64,000 bases of DNA from Octopus vulgaris. Its lineage: Eukaryota. Position 1 is the stretch's first letter, and each line of letters begins with the position of its first letter. Position numbers and translations under genes: made by a program. The notes below the pieces were generated by a model. The model had not been told where the DNA came from, did no database searches, and saw only the letters and a list, made by a program, of their open reading frames with translations. The stretch is taken from assembly GCA_951406725.2 (NCBI GenBank), contig OX597819.1:7254001-7318000 (forward strand), written 5' to 3'. Of this stretch, positions 57,872-64,000 are shown in pieces.

Positions 57872-58032
57872 GGGCTTCTTTCAGTTTCCGTCTACCAAAT
57901 CCACTCACAAGGCTTTGGTTGGCCCAAGGCTATAGTAGAAGACACTTGCCCAAGGTGCCACGCAGTGGGACTGAACCCGGAACCATGTGGTTGGTAAACA
58001 AGCTACTTACCACACAGCCACTCCTGCACCTA
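57623..58032 (-). mobile_element. SINE family B, ~70 bp downstream of UBE2N exon 2
   Basis: Full-length copy with small deletions. Confidence 0.9.
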
Positions 58033-58342
58033 TTAGATAATTTAAGAATATAAATCTAGTGATGAATCAGAAGTAGATTTTTTTCTCTTGACATCTGTCA
58101 CTCAGCTACAAAGTAGGTGTGTTGTGTTATTTTAGTATTGGCTGGAGTGAATATAGTGAATTACTTTTTTTTATAAAGAAACCTGAATACTTTAAAGTGT
58201 GTCCTACAAATCGTCCTGCAATCATATCCCTTGATGGACCCCTTGTTGGGTTTGATGATGAGCATTCTGTTTAATCAAACTGAACTACCTATTTGTTAAA
58301 TTAACATCCACGTGGTTGAATATTCCACACAAACATGCACCC

Positions 58343-58748
58343 TTAACCCTTTCGTTACTGTATTTATTTTGCAGGTGGCACGTAAAAAACACCCACTACA
58401 CTTGCGGAGTGGTTGGCGTTAGGAAGGGCATCCAGCCGTAGAAACACTGCCAGATCTGACTGGGCCTGACGAAGCCTTCCAGCTTCACAGACCCCAGTTG
58501 ACCCGTCCAACCCATGCTAGCATGGAAAACGGACGCTAAACGATGATGATGATGCTCTGTGTTTCTTTCAATTACTTTAAATATAACAAAGAATTTAGTA
58601 AAATGATTTAGTTATCATTAAGTTAGTGTTAGGAATATTAATTGTGACTAAGGTTTGGTAGAATATTTTAATTCAAAACTTATGAAACCAAGACATTTTA
58701 CCACAGAGCCAGAGCTGGTTTTGGCTGGGTTAGTAACAAAAGGGTTAA
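58343..58748. mobile_element. piggyBac-type MITE interrupted by an RTE 3' fragment (58371-58553)
   Basis: TTAACCCTTTCGTTAC...GTAACAAAAGGGTTAA; sequence matches 43910-44128 once the insert is removed. Confidence 0.82.
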
Positions 58749-59852
58749 TATAATTCTCATACCAAATTAGCTTGATATAGTATGTGACAAGGTTGAACTT
58801 TAGAGTTACAGCTACAATCCATCTTATGCACATAACCCAGAAGATCACCATACACAAGTATGGATCAACCTAATCATCATCATCATTTAGCGTCCGCTTT
58901 CCATGCTGGCATGGGTTGGACGGTTCAACTGGGGTCTGGGAAGCCTGAAGGCTGCATCAGGCCCAGTCTGATCTGGCAGTGCTTCTACGGCTGGATGCCC
59001 TTCCTAACGCCAACTACTCCGTGAGTGTAGTGGGTGCTTTTTATGTGCCACCCGCACAGGTGCCAGATGGGGCTGGCAAACGGCCACGGACGGATGGTGC
59101 TTTTTACGTGCCACTGGCACGGGGGCTAGGCAAGGCTGGCAACAGCCACGATCGGATGGTGTTTTTTACGTGCTGTTGTTAAATATATTTGCCAAGATAC
59201 CATTTAGTAGGCTTGAACACAAACCCCTTAATCATTTCATTATGTCTGCAACCATGTATATCTCTTACTCCTGTGTCTTAACAGAAGCATATTAGTTGAT
59301 GTATTTGATTCTTCTCATGAGTATTAGCATTTTAAACTGAAGTAGTGTAGTAATGTGCTTTGTTTATGAACATATTGTCATAAATATTGTATGGTTTTTA
59401 AACTTACGGGCATGTGATTGATAATATTCAACACCTCATATCCACTGCTATACATAATAAGATAAAAGAATGTGAAAATAATTGAAAATGAAATTTAAAC
59501 ATTTTGAAATAGACTTGTGAATTTACCATTTAATACTACAGACTAGAAATCATTTTGTGGCAATTATCTAATATCTGTTGGTTAACTGTTTGCTTTTGTT
59601 CTAGTTGTTTCCATTGTTGATAGGTTTTTCACTTGGAGTGTTTTTGTGTCACAACTAAATTATTATTTTATCAGTATTTAGGTCACATGGTTGCATTTCT
59701 CTATACATAATGTTGACTTATGGGATAAGATTAATGAATTTATGGCCTCCTGTGCAATCTTACTTTGGCACCATTTAAAATGTAAGGCAATGCTATCAAG
59801 CTTGTTAACAAAAGAGGAACTGATATAGACTGTGCAGGTATAGATTGTGTAG

Positions 59853-60070
59853 GTTGAGCTAGCAGAAACGTTAGCACACTGAGTGAAATGCTTAGCAGTA
59901 TTTCGTCTGCGTTACGATGTGAGTTCAAATTCCGCCGAGGTCGACTTTGCCTTTCATCCTTTTGGGGTCGATAAATTAAGTACCAGTTACGCATTGGGGT
60001 CGATGTAATCGACTTAATACCTATGTTTGTCCCCTCTGTGTTTAGCCCCTTGTGGGTAATAAAGAAATAG
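59853..60070 (+). mobile_element. SINE family D
   Basis: Family match. Confidence 0.85.
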
Positions 60071-62478
60071 GTATGCTTACTGTTTGAAATTTGTTGTGCA
60101 TGTTACGTGTATAATAAAATCCAGATTATCTATCCATCAGTGCTTAGGTGGTATCAGTCAATGTACTAATTTGCTCAATTGAGCAAATGAGTACATTGTA
60201 AGTTACTAGCATATATCTGATGATCATAGGTGAAATCTAATAGATTTTTTTTTTTTTTTGCTACTTTTGTGGATTATCATAACTCTGGCATCATCCAGTT
60301 CCATTGCTAAGAATTTGAATTGGGAGCTTTAGTCATGGTGAACCTTTCATTAGCTGATTACACAACCATGGACGCCACCTCTGGATGTATTGCACTTACT
60401 CTTTTGAAGGAGCTTTGTGATCCTGGCTGTTGGTCTTCTGGTGTTCCTCTGTGCAGCATCACTGGAGCTATTTTGCTACCTCTTCACAATCCATCATGCT
60501 TTGCTGGCAGGGTAATTGAATGGATGCTATGCCTTGTCAAAGGGCAGCCCATAACTATGCAGGGCATGGTTGTCACTCCGTGAGGTATTTTCAAATTACT
60601 TGCACACCTGAGATATATTTAGAAACTATTTTTCATATGTACATGTGCTTCAGCTGATATCGTATTTGTGAATTTTCCAAACTTACCACTTAAATCTACC
60701 AGACCATGATTTTATAGGGCAACTCTATTTCAATTAAATTTTCAGTAATTTGACTGAACATTGTGCTAAATTTTTCTGATTTGGTTTCTCAGCACCAAAT
60801 TTGCTTCTTTAAATTTTCACTATAGTTAATTTATATATGTAACTTTTTCCCCCAGAATGGCATATAATCCAACATTTAAAGTTTATAATTGTGTTTTAGC
60901 TAAAATAACATTAATTTGTATTCAGATCTCTAAAGCACATTATTTTTTTACTGATGTACATTGGTGATATATCTTGGCAAAGAATTTTGTGAAGAATGTA
61001 CTTTGGTATGGGTCAAATTGTTATCAGTTATTTGTTCAATTTTCTAAGTTATGCTTTTAGATTTCTGTAATGCTATTTTTTTCTAATTTCCCATGTTATC
61101 TAAAGTAAATGGAGGCTTTAAGTTTCTGAGGATGCTACTGGGAATTGAAACCTGATTGCAAACTTGTTTATTTGTTTATTTAATACTCATTTATATCTTC
61201 CTGTTGCTGTGGAGAAAGCTTCAGAAAGCCATGCTTCATGTGAAGATAGCTGCAGCTGCTGGTTTGATAGTATTCTTTTACTTGTTTCAGTCATTTGACT
61301 GCGGCCTTGCTGGAGCACCGCTTTTTAAACGAGCAAATTAACCCCGGGACTTATTCTTTGTAAGCCCAGTACTTATTCTATCGGTCTTTTTTGCTGAACC
61401 GCTAAGTGACGGGGACGTAAACACACCAGCATCGGTTGTCAAGCAATATTATGTGTGTGTATTTATATCTGTATGTGTATATTTGTACAGTGTTTTCTTC
61501 TATATGTATACCCTAATCGTACAACGTCTAGAATTCCAGTATCTGTATATACTAGTCTGCAAATATGCCTCCTACACGAGTAAATACACACTCTTCTTCT
61601 TAGATTATTTTTCTCCTACATTATGTATAAATTGTTGTTCACTTATGTGCACCTCCTACTCGTACAGTTTCTTATATTGTGGTACCAGTGCCGGTGGCAC
61701 ACAAGAAAACCATCCAACCCATGCTAGCATGGAAAACGGACGCTAAATGATGATGATGATGATGATGATCATAACTGACACTACACCCTAATAGCTTGAA
61801 TACCACTACGACCATACTATCATTACATATCCTTCTCCCATAATACTAAGCTAGATTATTACATCTAAAATATATATTTTATTTATACCAAAACACATCT
61901 ACTGTATAACCTAACAACACATCAATAAAATAAACTTTTTTAAAACTTTTCTTCCCAACTCATTTATCTCCCTTACATTTCTTTTTTTATCTAGTTTCAG
62001 CTCACAAGCTGTGGCCATGCTGGGGCACTGCCATTAATTAATTAATTTTTTTTTTCTTATTCCTATCTTTATTCCCTATTTCAATTTCACTTTTTTTATC
62101 TTAATTAGTCACACCAAGTATATATTATTTTATTTGTAATATTAACAGCTATTTGTCTTTCTTTACTTATTTTTCTGCATTCTATTTAATCCATACTAAT
62201 GAATATTAATCTTTATGCAAACTTAAGTCCCTTTTATACATTATTCTATCTTTAGCCCCCTTTTTTTTTTTTACCTCTCTATTTCTCCTACTGTTTGTTT
62301 ACATTAACTTATCTACTTTTGGCTCTTTTTGTACCATCTCCTCCTCATGATAAACTTCATTCTTATGTATAGAAATTTCTTTTAAAAAATACATTACACC
62401 ACATAATGATTTCAACGATCAGTTCGTATTTTAATTGAAACCTAGAAGTGTCTTTCCATTGGACATTTCTAATACATA

Positions 62479-62775
62479 GTAAGCCCAGTACTTATTCTAT
62501 TGGTCTCTTTTGCCGAACCGCTAAGTGACGGGGACATAAACACACCAGCATCGGTTGTCAAGCAATGCTAGGGGGACAAACACAGACGCACACACGCATA
62601 TACATATATACGATGGGCTTCTTTCAGTTTCCGTCTACCAAATCCACTCACAAGGCATTGGTCGGCCCGAGGGTATAGTAGAAGACACTTGCCCAAGATG
62701 CCACACAGTGGGACTGAACCCTGAACCATGTGGCTGGTTAGCAAGCTACTTACCACACAGCCACTCCTGCGCCTA
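62479..62775 (-). mobile_element. SINE family B (3'-truncated)
   Basis: Head and body present; a tail-only fragment also lies at 61272-61447. Confidence 0.85.
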
Positions 62776-63159
62776 TGTTGTACTATACTATACAATTTTA
62801 AAAAAAACTTTTTAATTTTTTTGCAGGAGTGGGTGGTGTTATGTCTATTATTCCCAAAAAATATAGACATAACACCACAACCCCACCCACTACGCTACTT
62901 ATTTGGATTAAAATTTTTAATTTTTGTACTCATTTATAGGGGGAACGTCTCTGATACCTCTTATATCTTCAAATAACTGTTATATCCCTTAGTTATGACT
63001 CACATCTTTCTCACAAGGATAAAAAATAGGAATCTCCTAGATTCAATTTTTCTGCTATTTTCCTTTTCTGTTGCCTCCATTTTAAAATAAATTGAGTTTA
63101 TGGGACTTCTTTCCGTGAATTCACCATACATTATATACAAGTATTACTTTCATATCTCC

Positions 63160-63496
63160 GCAAATCGACCCCGGGACTTATTCTTTGTAAGCCCAGTACT
63201 TATTCCATCGGTCTCTTTTGCCGAACTGCTAAGTGATGGGGACGTAAACACACCAGCATCGGTTGTCAAGCAATGCTAGGGGGACAAACACAGACACACA
63301 AACGTACACGCACATACATATACATATATACGACAGGCTTCTTTCAGTTTCCATCTACCAAATCCACTCACAAGGCTTTGGTCGGCCCGAGGCTATAGTA
63401 GAAGACACTTGCCCAAGATGCCACACAGTGGGACTGAACCCGGAACCATGTGGTTGGTTAGCAAGCTACTTACCACACAGCCACTCCTGTGCCTAT
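63160..63496 (-). mobile_element. SINE family B (3'-truncated)
   Basis: Same sequence family. Confidence 0.85.
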
Positions 63497-64000
63497 TGTG
63501 TAGGTTTCAGAAGAGAACCTCCTTGGACTGTCTTGCTTTCAATGGATATTTAATCTATACCACAGTGAAAAAAATGCTTTTAAAACTGATGTTGGAGTTA
63601 ATATTGTATACACCAGTGTTTTGAATGAAGATATATTATTGGAAGCAATGAGTATTGATCTGCATACTGTGGCCTTGAATGAAGTGATTAGTTATGTAAA
63701 CTCACCCAAAAGGAGACACATTTAGGTGACTTCTTTGAACAAAAATAGTTAGTGAAACTGATATGAAGGATTCCAATGTTACCGTACTGAATTTATTTTG
63801 CCATCAAGATTAGCTAATGGTAATATTTTGCTAAGCTGCTATTTAAAACTGACTGTTTTTCTTTAAGCTTGTCTCCAAATCATTGTTTTTTTTTCCTTCT
63901 GTTAATAAAAGCTATCAAGATTAGCAGTTAGTTTGGGTCACAAACTGATTTGGATACTAAATATTGTTTCAAAGATATAACATTATTTTCTTGTATGATT

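Noticed and set aside
45435-63496. Antisense orientation bias of family B SINEs inside UBE2N
   Set aside because: Too few copies, and upstream intergenic copies are also mostly on the minus strand.
57552-64000. UBE2N exon 3 (SPFEGG.FKLELFLP...)
   Set aside because: No matching sequence found by eye; presumably downstream of the window.

Overview
AT-rich, repeat-saturated eukaryotic DNA. The SINE, RTE and MITE landscape suggests an octopus or other coleoid cephalopod (inference from repeat families, not a database hit). One host gene is supported: UBE2N/Ubc13 on the + strand. Coding exon 1 (MAGLPRRIIK, 27578-27607) and exon 2 ([12 protein letters not shown]...GPSE, 57450-57551) are separated by a 29.8-kb intron; I found no later exons in the window. 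Most of the rest is mobile or repetitive DNA: several tRNA-derived SINE families, RTE and CR1/L2-type LINE remnants, decayed mariner and hAT (Buster-like) transposons, three non-autonomous Helitrons, TTAA-flanked MITEs, a 6 x 164-bp tandem array and a 4-kb (TA/TG) microsatellite. All long ORFs in the track are microsatellite or repeat artefacts. The most interesting observations are: a 547-bp terminally redundant non-coding element in (TA)n carrying an intact-looking type I hammerhead ribozyme (retrozyme/Penelope-like), with further hammerhead-like remnants elsewhere; a 28S rRNA fragment inserted inside a dead LINE RT; a 33-bp mini-transposon with an 8-bp TSD; a foldback element at the UBE2N promoter; and several long intronic hairpins. 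Repeat boundaries were read by eye and may be off by a few bases.
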